IMG/VR virus record: IMGVR_UViG_3300020434_000055
Reading direction: 5' to 3' (one strand)
From: a virus
Lineage: Duplodnaviria; Caudoviricetes
DNA length: 64,000 nucleotides
This document shows positions 8,810-16,601 of the stretch, one piece after another. Numbering within the stretch: position 1 is the stretch's first letter; the number at the start of each line of letters is the position of its first letter. Under the pieces are notes generated by a model. It was not told the DNA's origin, did not search any database, and saw nothing but the letters and a program-made list of their open reading frames with translations. The position numbers and the translations under genes were made by a program.

Positions 8810-10735
8810 ATGTTTATCGCACTTCTTACATTAATATCGGCCCTGTCAATTTCAGGTGTAGCAATATTCTATTCAGTAATAGGATTGGCTACTATATTCC
8901 CAGGAGCATTTGTTCCTGTGGTTATAATGGGCTCTGTGTTAGAAGTAGGTAAGTTAATAGCCGCCAGTTGGTTGTATCGGAACTGGAAACAAACTCGGTT
9001 TCTCTTAAAATTTTATCTCGCCACAGCCGTGGTTGTATTAAGTTTAATAACGTCTATGGGTATATTTGGGTTCTTATCCAAAGCCCACCTAGAGCAGAAC
9101 CTAGCAGAAAATACAGTTGTACAACGAATTGACATTATAAACAACAAAATCACTAGTGAAAAGACATATATCAAAAGACAAACCCTTATTATAGAAAGAG
9201 CTGAAAAAAGTCTTACAAGAACAGCTGGTACTAACGACGAAGCAATTGCAATTGAAAAAGAGAATTTAAAAGCAGTAGAAGATAAATTCAAAACTTTACT
9301 TGTAGTTGAGACCAAAAACATTGAAAATTTAACTGATAGAATGAAAGTATTGGATAAAGACGTTAGTGACGTACTAACTGCAAACAAATCATTTTTTAAT
9401 GAAGAAAAAGCGGCTAAACAATTAAAAGAATCACAAAAAGAAGAACGAGCTGGTATTAATATAAAAATAAGCGAATCCCAAAGCAGAATAGCTCAACTTA
9501 AAGAAGACTACGCAAATGATACTGCCGTTATACAAAAAAGAATAGAGAAGTTAAGAGAAGGTGGAGTTGACGACAAATCAGGTGTTTATGCACAAATAGA
9601 AGTAGCAGAAGAAAACATATTAAAATCACAAAACAATATAGATGATTTAATTATTGACCGAGAGCCTTTAGAGGCAAGAATGATTAAGTTAGAAGCAGAG
9701 ATAGGCCCAGTAAAATATATTGCCGCACTTGTAGTTGATTGGGGAGTAACAGATAAAGTTGATACAGACGAAGCAGTAAGATGGGTTATCCTTATTATAA
9801 TTTGCGTATTTGATCCACTTGCAGTTGCATTATTATTAGCGGCTAATCAAAGTATGCTAAGAAGATTTCCTAATACTTGGGAACCGCCAGAAGACCCTAC
9901 ACCACCAAGTAAACCTAAAACTCCTGAATTACCACCTAAAGAACCAAGTACGGGTAAAGGTTTAAGAGCATCTGATTTAATTAAATCAGGAGAAACAGAA
10001 TTAGGTAAAGAACATGAAACTTTATTACAAAACATAGACAAGCATTCTCCATCTGCAGAAGCAGAGGAATTAAAGGAAATGGATGATACAGTATCTGAGC
10101 CTTCTGTTTCAGAACTCTTAGCAGAAGGATTTGCTGAAGAACAAAAAGCAAGAGCTATAGAAGAAGCGGAAGAAGAAGCTAAAGAAGAAAGACAAGACGA
10201 ACTACTTGATGAATTTATTGACGATAATGCAGACGGCTTTGATGAAGACCAAGTAAAATACGATATGGAAACTGACCCAACACCAATACCTATTCCAATG
10301 GAGCCTATCCCAACAACGGCAGATGTTGCAATGATTTTACCTGAACGTAATGTAGCAACAAAAAAAATGGTCCAAGAGTATGATGTAGAAAAAGAACTAA
10401 AAGAAGAATTATTAAAAGTGGGTCATGATAAAGAAGACGAATTTTTTAGAACTCTTGATCCTGAAGAACAAGGACGTTTAGAAGCATATGATGAAAAAGA
10501 TAAACGTTGGCAAAATGAAAAAGCAGAATGGAAAAGCAAAAACCCTGAAGATACAATAAAAAGACATAAAGAATTGTATATAAAAGGCTTTATAGAAAAG
10601 TTACCTTGGGAAGACATAAGCCTAGAAAAACCAGAAGATTTAGAAAGCTGGAATAAATGGGTAGATGCGGCAAATAAAGAAGCAGAAAAAGAAGACGAAG
10701 GCGTAGAAAAAAAAAGACTGACGAACCTACAGTAG
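8810..10735 (+). CDS. Large conserved phage membrane protein (TM, coiled coil, acidic tail)
   Basis: Three N-terminal TM segments, long coiled coil, EAEIGPVKYIA...WVILIIICVFDPLAVALLLAA, then an acidic low-complexity tail. Late-promoter-like GATAAGTA at 8783. Confidence 0.75.
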   Translation: MFIALLTLISALSISGVAIFYSVIGLATIFPGAFVPVVIMGSVLEVGKLIAASWLYRNWKQTRFLLKFYLATAVVVLSLITSMGIFGFLSKAHLEQNLAENTVVQRIDIINNKITSEKTYIKRQTLIIERAEKSLTRTAGTNDEAIAIEKENLKAVEDKFKTLLVVETKNIENLTDRMKVLDKDVSDVLTANKSFFNEEKAAKQLKESQKEERAGINIKISESQSRIAQLKEDYANDTAVIQKRIEKLREGGVDDKSGVYAQIEVAEENILKSQNNIDDLIIDREPLEARMIKLEAEIGPVKYIAALVVDWGVTDKVDTDEAVRWVILIIICVFDPLAVALLLAANQSMLRRFPNTWEPPEDPTPPSKPKTPELPPKEPSTGKGLRASDLIKSGETELGKEHETLLQNIDKHSPSAEAEELKEMDDTVSEPSVSELLAEGFAEEQKARAIEEAEEEAKEERQDELLDEFIDDNADGFDEDQVKYDMETDPTPIPIPMEPIPTTADVAMILPERNVATKKMVQEYDVEKELKEELLKVGHDKEDEFFRTLDPEEQGRLEAYDEKDKRWQNEKAEWKSKNPEDTIKRHKELYIKGFIEKLPWEDISLEKPEDLESWNKWVDAANKEAEKEDEGVEKKRLTNLQ

Positions 10736-10844
10736 ATCCAAAACAACCAAATAAAGAAGTATTCCCAATAAATTACATAGTTAGAGATAAGAATATTCAA
10801 GTTCGTAAAAAAACTATGCCAAAAGAAGACGACGAATCATAATA

Positions 10845-10873
10845 TTGACATTTACCATCCAATATGCTAAAAT
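10845..10873 (+). promoter_or_regulatory. Sigma70-type promoter
   Basis: TTGACA-17 bp-TAAAAT with TG extension. Confidence 0.8.
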
Positions 10874-10879
10874 AACTTA

Positions 10880-11299
10880 ATGTCAGAAATTAAGTTAATA
10901 ACACCTCCCGATAAACTATTAAACAATAATAAAAGTTTCCTTTTGGTTAATCTAAAGGATACTTTTAAAGATGAATTTAATAACATTATGAAAAACATAA
11001 ATGTTAATATTAACCTTTATATGTATGATGAAGCAGGTTACAAAGATAGTGCTAATTGGTTAATTGAAATATCTAATTTAGCTGACTATATTATTTTGGA
11101 TATAGACCAAACTGGTTTGGATAATTGGTTAATTGGATATCTATTAGCTAAAAATCATACCTTTTATACTTGTATAGATATACCTAAACCTAGACCTTAT
11201 AACTTAATAAACAGTAATAGAATTTATAATTTAGATCCAATAAAAACAATCCTAAAAGACTTAAATGACACACCAACTAACACGAAAACAACTAATTGA
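10880..11299 (+). CDS. Conserved hypothetical phage protein
   Basis: IKLITPPDKL...YNLINSNRIYNL; follows promoter. Confidence 0.65.
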   Translation: MSEIKLITPPDKLLNNNKSFLLVNLKDTFKDEFNNIMKNINVNINLYMYDEAGYKDSANWLIEISNLADYIILDIDQTGLDNWLIGYLLAKNHTFYTCIDIPKPRPYNLINSNRIYNLDPIKTILKDLNDTPTNTKTTN

Positions 11300-11954
11300 T
11301 AGTATAATCAATATACCCAAATATTATATTATTAGATTTACTGGTTTAGGATATGAATCAGTAATGGGTATAATAACAAAAAAACAACATGACTATTGGA
11401 AAAGAAAAGGACAACGTAAACTAGGAGAGTATCTAGCAGAGTTGCGTGATATGAATGACTTAGATTATGTTCCTTATGAATCCCAATTAAAATCATCTGA
11501 TTGGTATGATTATGATAGTGTAGCCCACGCCGCCGGTGCCGAACTTAATCCTAAAAATTATTTGACTATAGAAGAAATTGATGGTCCAGACGTTCATACA
11601 GTATTAACTGAAAAATTATCTATTAAAAAATTAGCTAAACGTGGTATTGGTACATTTTGTACAGGAATATTTAATTGTAATATGAGTACATTAAAAGACA
11701 AACATTATTTCCATGGTCAAAGTCACGAACTAGGTACTTGGACTAATGAAGAAAAAATAGTTACTAACGCATTAGGTTTACAATTAGACAAGTTAAAAAT
11801 ACTATATGCAGATGTAGAAGGTAAACAAATAATTCATGGTGTTAGATATATTAAACAACCATACCATATGGAGACAAATAAAGTTACCGGAAAAAGTCTT
11901 AAACTTGGCGTAAAAAGAGGCTGGTATGATATTTTGGCGAATTTAGGCTCTTGA
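11265..11954 (+). CDS. Hypothetical protein
   Basis: Long open frame with phage-like codon use. Confidence 0.6.
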   Translation: MTHQLTRKQLIDSIINIPKYYIIRFTGLGYESVMGIITKKQHDYWKRKGQRKLGEYLAELRDMNDLDYVPYESQLKSSDWYDYDSVAHAAGAELNPKNYLTIEEIDGPDVHTVLTEKLSIKKLAKRGIGTFCTGIFNCNMSTLKDKHYFHGQSHELGTWTNEEKIVTNALGLQLDKLKILYADVEGKQIIHGVRYIKQPYHMETNKVTGKSLKLGVKRGWYDILANLGS

Positions 11955-12000
11955 TTTTTCGCTGAATAATGTTTATATTATAATAGTATGATAAATAACA

Positions 12001-12063
12001 TTGTACGTGATGCTATGATAGGTCTCGTACACATAACTTGCTTAACAAAGGAGGACGATTATG
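12001..12063 (+). promoter_or_regulatory. ROSE-like RNA thermometer in hsp20 5'UTR
   Basis: CTTGCTT-AACA-AAGGAG: the UUGCU motif pairs with SD AGGA leaving a bulged G. Upstream hairpin GTACG...CGTAC (12003-12030). Confidence 0.7.
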
Positions 12064-12507
12064 ACAAATAAAGCCCTATCAATTTTTAATCAACTAAGAC
12101 CCGTTACAATTGGATTTGATAACGTATTCGATCATTTTGAAAGAATGATGGAAGGCGATAACTTTTTCAATGGTGCTGGTGTTAATTACCCACCTTACAA
12201 TATTGTGAAAACAGGTGAAAACACTCACGATATTGAAGTTGCTCTTGCTGGATTCAGTAAGAAAGATATTGATGTAGAGTATAAAGACAATATGCTTACA
12301 ATCAAATCTATCAAAGAATCCAATACTGGCAATCAAAAGGATGGAGTTGTGCATAGAGGAATATCACAAAGATATTTTTCTAAATCTTTTACAATTGCGG
12401 ATGACGTAGAAATAAAAGGTGCAGAACTTAAAGATGGTCTTTTGACAGTTTCTTTGGAAAGAATAATTCCGGAAAGTAAAAAGGCTAAAAAAATAGACAT
12501 TAAGTAA
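12061..12507 (+). CDS. ibpA: Small heat-shock protein Hsp20/IbpA
   Basis: YPPYNIVK, IEVALAGFSKKDI, HRGISQRYFSKSFTIADD, AELKDGLLTVSLERIIPE. Confidence 0.96.
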   Translation: MTNKALSIFNQLRPVTIGFDNVFDHFERMMEGDNFFNGAGVNYPPYNIVKTGENTHDIEVALAGFSKKDIDVEYKDNMLTIKSIKESNTGNQKDGVVHRGISQRYFSKSFTIADDVEIKGAELKDGLLTVSLERIIPESKKAKKIDIK

Positions 12508-12518
12508 TATTAATGGAG

Positions 12519-12554
12519 ATAGGTGGGGGCGTTTTTTAATACGCCCTAACCTAT
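12519..12554 (+). terminator. Hairpin between hsp20 and clpS
   Basis: ATAGGT.GGGCGT-loop-ACGCCC.ACCTAT; overlaps a TATAAATA late promoter at 12552. Confidence 0.5.
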
Positions 12555-12565
12555 AAATACTTAAA

Positions 12566-12871
12566 ATGAGCACAGAAATAGAAGTTAAAATAGACGAAAA
12601 AATAAAACAAGTAATTAAAGAACCTGAAAATTACAAGGTTATCTTTTTGAACGATAACGTTACCCCAATGGAATTTGTAATAGATATTTTAATCAAAATA
12701 TTTAAACACACCGCAGAAACGGCTCGTGATCTTACTCTGAAAATCCATAAAGAAGGCTCTATAATTGTTGGACTTTATACATACGAAATAGCAGAACAAA
12801 AAGGTATGGAGGCAACTAACGAAAGTAGGAGTTTAGGATATCCACTTCAGGTTAAGATTGAAAAAGAGTGA
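12566..12871 (+). CDS. clpS: ClpS N-degron adaptor
   Basis: YKVIFLNDNVTPMEFVIDIL...LTLKIHKEGSIIVGLYTYEIAEQK...GYPLQVKIE. Confidence 0.93.
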   Translation: MSTEIEVKIDEKIKQVIKEPENYKVIFLNDNVTPMEFVIDILIKIFKHTAETARDLTLKIHKEGSIIVGLYTYEIAEQKGMEATNESRSLGYPLQVKIEKE

Positions 12872-13491
12872 GCAAATTAAAAGAATTAACGTGGGAACAC
12901 CATAAAAACGCAGAGCGACATGAATTCGCCAAACTTCTAATGAGTGGCAAAATGCCAGAGAAGTTATATGCTACATATCTTTATAATCAACACCCTTGCT
13001 ATGTTATAGTTGAAGCAGTTGGAATGGCATATGGTTTAATGGATGGGGGCTTAAGACGAGCACCTGCAATATGGGACGACTTTAAAGAATTATGGCCAAA
13101 CGTTCCAGATGACGATACTAAAGATTATGAAAAACCATTTATAGCACCTTGCGTAAAAGAATTCCTTGATCATATTCAAAAAATAAAAAGTGATAGAAAA
13201 AAAGTAATGGCCCACATTTATGTTCGTCATATGGCAGATTTAAGTGGAGGTCAAATGATTAGAAAACGTATACCTGGTAAAGGACGTTTATATGATTTTC
13301 CTAAACCAATTGACGAAATGAAAGCTGATGTAAGAAAAAATTTAAGTGATGATATGGCAGATGAGGCAATAATAGCTTTTGGCTTTGCCACTAAATTATT
13401 CAAAGAATTAAGTACACAAATTTATAATGAAGATAATAGAAATACTACAAATGATCCTTTTAAAGGAACAGTTATAGAAGGAAAAGATTAA
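12868..13491 (+). CDS. ho1: Heme oxygenase
   Basis: LKELTWEHHKNAE (proximal His helix); AHIYVRHMADLSGGQMIRK distal helix. Confidence 0.9.
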   Translation: MSKLKELTWEHHKNAERHEFAKLLMSGKMPEKLYATYLYNQHPCYVIVEAVGMAYGLMDGGLRRAPAIWDDFKELWPNVPDDDTKDYEKPFIAPCVKEFLDHIQKIKSDRKKVMAHIYVRHMADLSGGQMIRKRIPGKGRLYDFPKPIDEMKADVRKNLSDDMADEAIIAFGFATKLFKELSTQIYNEDNRNTTNDPFKGTVIEGKD

Positions 13492-13697
13492 TGACATCTT
13501 TATCTAAAATAAGACATAGACAAAAGTTTGAAGAAGCACCCAAAAATGATTTTACTGGAAATATGATAAGGGTTAATATTCTTAAAGAAGAAATAGCACA
13601 TCTTAAAACATTACTTCAACCAACGGACACTGGACATATTCATACTGCAATATCTGTCTTGGAAGACCGAATAAAAGAATTAGAAAATGAAAAATGA
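13491..13697 (+). CDS. Small hypothetical protein within the HO-FDBR cassette
   Basis: Coupled at both ends; LQPTDTGHIHTAISVLEDRIKEL. Confidence 0.65.
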   Translation: MTSLSKIRHRQKFEEAPKNDFTGNMIRVNILKEEIAHLKTLLQPTDTGHIHTAISVLEDRIKELENEK

Positions 13698-14394
13698 GTC
13701 TTTTATTTGGAATAAACTTATAGAGTGTCAAAATCAAATACTAAAAGAGTTTAATACTAGAGGTACAGAAATAACTGAACCTGGTATGGATCATTTTAAC
13801 CAACCTGAAAATGGTTGGATGAATAGAGTATGGCAAACTGAAAATTGTAGACGTTGTCATATAGATGTAGTAGATGCTAGAGATACAAAAGCTCTTTGGA
13901 TGATGCACGTATGTGTTTTTCCTAATCTTGATAATGATGGTCCTATATATGGCTTTGATGTTATTGCAGGTAAAAATAAAATGACTGGAGCCTTCCATGA
14001 TTTTTCAGCATCTTCTGGAGGAGAAAAACATCCTTTAGTAGACTGGTATAAAGATGCAGTAGCAGATTATATACCTAGCAAAAAAAGAGTATTACCTGAA
14101 TGGGCAAAAAATATATTTTCAAGTAGTATGATTGCCGCGGGTAATGTTAGAACAGATGAAGAAGCAACTGCAATAGTTGATTTAGCAATTAGCAATCTTA
14201 AAACTTATTTTGACAGTATAGGACAATACTCAGGTAAAGCACTTAAAGAAAATACAATAAAAGCACAAAATTACTATTGTAATAATCAAACACAAAATCC
14301 ACATACACCCAGAGTAATGTTGTCTTTAGGACTAAACGAAAAAGACGTTAAAAAGTTTTGTACAGACATATTATTTCCTAAAATAAGCCAATAA
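13687..14394 (+). CDS. pcyX: Ferredoxin-dependent bilin reductase, PcyX/PcyA-like
   Basis: CHIDVVDAR, WMMHVCVFP, PIYGFDVIAG, AFHDFS and YYCNNQTQNPHTPRVM match FDBR family motifs; next to heme oxygenase. Confidence 0.82.
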   Translation: MKNESFIWNKLIECQNQILKEFNTRGTEITEPGMDHFNQPENGWMNRVWQTENCRRCHIDVVDARDTKALWMMHVCVFPNLDNDGPIYGFDVIAGKNKMTGAFHDFSASSGGEKHPLVDWYKDAVADYIPSKKRVLPEWAKNIFSSSMIAAGNVRTDEEATAIVDLAISNLKTYFDSIGQYSGKALKENTIKAQNYYCNNQTQNPHTPRVMLSLGLNEKDVKKFCTDILFPKISQ

Positions 14395-14413
14395 TATCAA
14401 CACTTCTTTGGCA

Positions 14414-14442
14414 TTGACTTTAATACCAAAAATTGCTATAAT
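14414..14442 (+). promoter_or_regulatory. Sigma70-type promoter
   Basis: TTGACT-17 bp-TATAAT with TG extension. Confidence 0.85.
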
Positions 14443-14448
14443 ATTAAT

Positions 14449-14631
14449 ATGATTCATACATTAGAACAACTCGTACATAAAGTAGATGTTATACATAAAA
14501 AATCAAAAGATCTTGCATTATTAAAAGATACTGCTCATCCAGAAGAAGTAAAATATATGATAGAGGATATCCAAGCCTTAGCAAGAGATATTGCAAACGA
14601 TAAACAGATTACTGAAAAAATAAACGAATGA
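14449..14631 (+). CDS. Small hypothetical protein
   Basis: Directly after promoter; coupled to next gene. Confidence 0.6.
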   Translation: MIHTLEQLVHKVDVIHKKSKDLALLKDTAHPEEVKYMIEDIQALARDIANDKQITEKINE

Positions 14632-15107
14632 ACATTACTATAAGTGGTGGAAGTAAAAAATTATACGATTTAGCATATAGCATAGTTGACTATTGTGGTA
14701 AAACAGTTTTATCTAAACAACTATACAATACAATTTCAATTGACGTAGAATTTGATAAAAAATTATATAGAGAATCTGGTGTATTAGCAGAAGTAGATTT
14801 TGATGACAGAAATCACAAGCCAAGAGAATTCACAATAACTATAGATTGTACAGTATCTAAAAGAAGAATTATGGAGTCTATTGCTCATGAAATGGTCCAC
14901 GTAAAACAGTACGCCAAAGGAGAAATGGTAGACTTGGAAAGATGTGGGTCTACTAAATGGCAAAATAAAGTCATAGACAAAGAAACCAATTATTGGGACC
15001 GTCCTTGGGAAATCGAAGCTCATGGAAAAGAGCTTGGATTATTTGTCCGTTGGGCTGAACATAATTTACTAGGATCTCAATCCTGGACTCAAGAGAAATA
15101 TAGCTAA
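14628..15107 (+). CDS. HEXXH zinc metallopeptidase-like protein
   Basis: SIAHEMVHVKQY...YWDRPWEIEA motif. Confidence 0.75.
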   Translation: MNITISGGSKKLYDLAYSIVDYCGKTVLSKQLYNTISIDVEFDKKLYRESGVLAEVDFDDRNHKPREFTITIDCTVSKRRIMESIAHEMVHVKQYAKGEMVDLERCGSTKWQNKVIDKETNYWDRPWEIEAHGKELGLFVRWAEHNLLGSQSWTQEKYS

Positions 15108-15162
15108 AATTAACTGCGTATATAATTACTGATTTTTACTATCAGATAATAACTGCATATTT

Positions 15163-15630
15163 TTGATAATTAATTATATGCAGAAGCGAATTCAACATAA
15201 ACTACGAGTCAAAAAAGCACTTAAAAAAAGAGAAGGTGTGAAAAATTTCAAGCCGTCAGTTAGCCAAGCCCAAAGCTGGTTTTCTACTTTGAATAGAGCT
15301 TTATTCAGAGGTAGATTATGGATGCCTGATATTCTTGTTAAAAGAATACACAATGCTCGTGGGCAAATTGTTTATGATTGGGATGGCAGAAAATCGCCAG
15401 TAGGCACATACGATTCTAGAAAAATTCCTTATCATAATGATACCTTATGGATGTCTATGGAATTAGCTTCAAAATTTTCAACGTGGAAAGATTTTATTGA
15501 AACTCTTGCACACGAAATGGTACATCTTTATCAAATACAAATCCAAAAAGATCCTTACGCCAACCATAATAAGAATTTTTATGCTTGGAAAAACACATTT
15601 TCTACTGTAGGATTAAACTTAGAAAGATAA
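15163..15630 (+). CDS. SprT-like metalloprotease
   Basis: FSTLNRALF..., ETLAHEMVHLYQ...HNKNF (HEXXH plus downstream His). Confidence 0.8.
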   Translation: MIINYMQKRIQHKLRVKKALKKREGVKNFKPSVSQAQSWFSTLNRALFRGRLWMPDILVKRIHNARGQIVYDWDGRKSPVGTYDSRKIPYHNDTLWMSMELASKFSTWKDFIETLAHEMVHLYQIQIQKDPYANHNKNFYAWKNTFSTVGLNLER

Positions 15631-15644
15631 TTTCTTTAGATCCC

Positions 15645-15815
15645 TTATTTATCAAGATTAGGGTTAGTTAGAAGATCTAGGGTGATTATTTGGTTAATTG
15701 GTACGGCCTTTGGATCCCGAGCCACAACTTTTGGCTTAATTCGGTTACTATACTTAAGACTCTTTTCAGCTTTACGGAGTTCTCTTCGGCGTGCTCTATC
15801 TGATTTCTTTGCCAT
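15645..15815 (-). CDS. Small basic protein on minus strand; not in the ORF track
   Basis: AGGAG SD. MAKKSDRARRRELRKAEKSLKYSNRIKPKVVARDPKAVPINQIITLDLLTNPNLDK*. Minus-strand GATAAGTA late-type promoter at 15853-15860. Confidence 0.7.
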   Translation of the reverse strand: MAKKSDRARRRELRKAEKSLKYSNRIKPKVVARDPKAVPINQIITLDLLTNPNLDK

Positions 15816-15866
15816 TTGTTATCTCCTAAACTGAATGCTTTAACCATCAATCTACTTATCTATCAT

Positions 15867-15895
15867 TTGACTTTTGGTGTAGAAAATGTTATATT
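15867..15895 (+). promoter_or_regulatory. Sigma70-type promoter of rpsU
   Basis: TTGACT-17 bp-TATATT with TG extension. Confidence 0.75.
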
Positions 15896-15914
15896 ATAAG
15901 GTAATTATACATAT

Positions 15915-16112
15915 ATGGAAGTAGAAGTTCGAAATAATAACGTAGACAAGGCAATGCGTATCCTTAAGAAGAAAATGAAAAAGGAAGGTCTTTTTGATTT
16001 AATGAAGGATAAACAGTATTACCAAAAGCCTAGTTTTAAAAGACGAGAAAAGAAAAAAAGAAGACTCGTGAATATCAAGAAAGCGGAAAAATTAAGAAGT
16101 AATTTCATTTAG
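15915..16112 (+). CDS. rpsU: Ribosomal protein bS21
   Basis: [25 protein letters not shown]...[17 protein letters not shown]. Confidence 0.93.
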   Translation: MEVEVRNNNVDKAMRILKKKMKKEGLFDLMKDKQYYQKPSFKRREKKKRRLVNIKKAEKLRSNFI

Positions 16113-16119
16113 GAGGTAA

Positions 16120-16389
16120 ATGAAAGCAAAAGAATTACAATGGAGTACATTTTCAGTACCCTATGGATTTTTTAAGAATTATTTTCTATTAATGATATTT
16201 GCTTTATGGTTTTTACCCGGCGTCATGGGTATAAGATTTACAGTTTTAGGATATATTCTAAATTATCTTTGGGCAGACTTTATGTTTTATATGTGGTATA
16301 AAACCAAAATGTCAGCTAAAGAATATTGGGAAGAACAAAAAAGAAAAAGAGATTGGCAAGACAGGGACGACGATGACAACACATTTTGA
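16120..16389 (+). CDS. Membrane protein
   Basis: AGGAGG SD; two hydrophobic segments. Confidence 0.6.
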   Translation: MKAKELQWSTFSVPYGFFKNYFLLMIFALWFLPGVMGIRFTVLGYILNYLWADFMFYMWYKTKMSAKEYWEEQKRKRDWQDRDDDDNTF

Positions 16390-16597
16390 TGACACCGTAT
16401 TAATTGAATGTACCGATAATGGTAAAAAAATGGAAGCCGAAGTTCTTACTTTTAAAGAAGAACAATTTTTAAGTGTATCGATCCAAAGAGCAGTGAAATT
16501 AAATATGGCATGGAATTCTAAAAAAAATGTTTATATTGGTAAAGGTTCCGGTCTCGAATTTATAACAACAGGTCCTAAAAAATTTATAACTAATTAA
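16373..16597 (+). CDS. Conserved small phage protein
   Basis: ECTDNGKKMEAEVL...YIGKGSGLEFITTGP; all-beta look. Confidence 0.6.
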   Translation: MTTHFDDTVLIECTDNGKKMEAEVLTFKEEQFLSVSIQRAVKLNMAWNSKKNVYIGKGSGLEFITTGPKKFITN

Positions 16598-16601
16598 TAT
16601 A

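Noticed and set aside
12868-14394. Cyanophage identity suggested by heme oxygenase and bilin reductase
   Set aside because: No psbA/hli/cpeT-type genes in the window, low GC, and alphaproteobacterial markers (permuted tmRNA type, DUF1178, RT0821) point to a non-cyanobacterial host. A cyanophage is not fully excluded without the whole genome.
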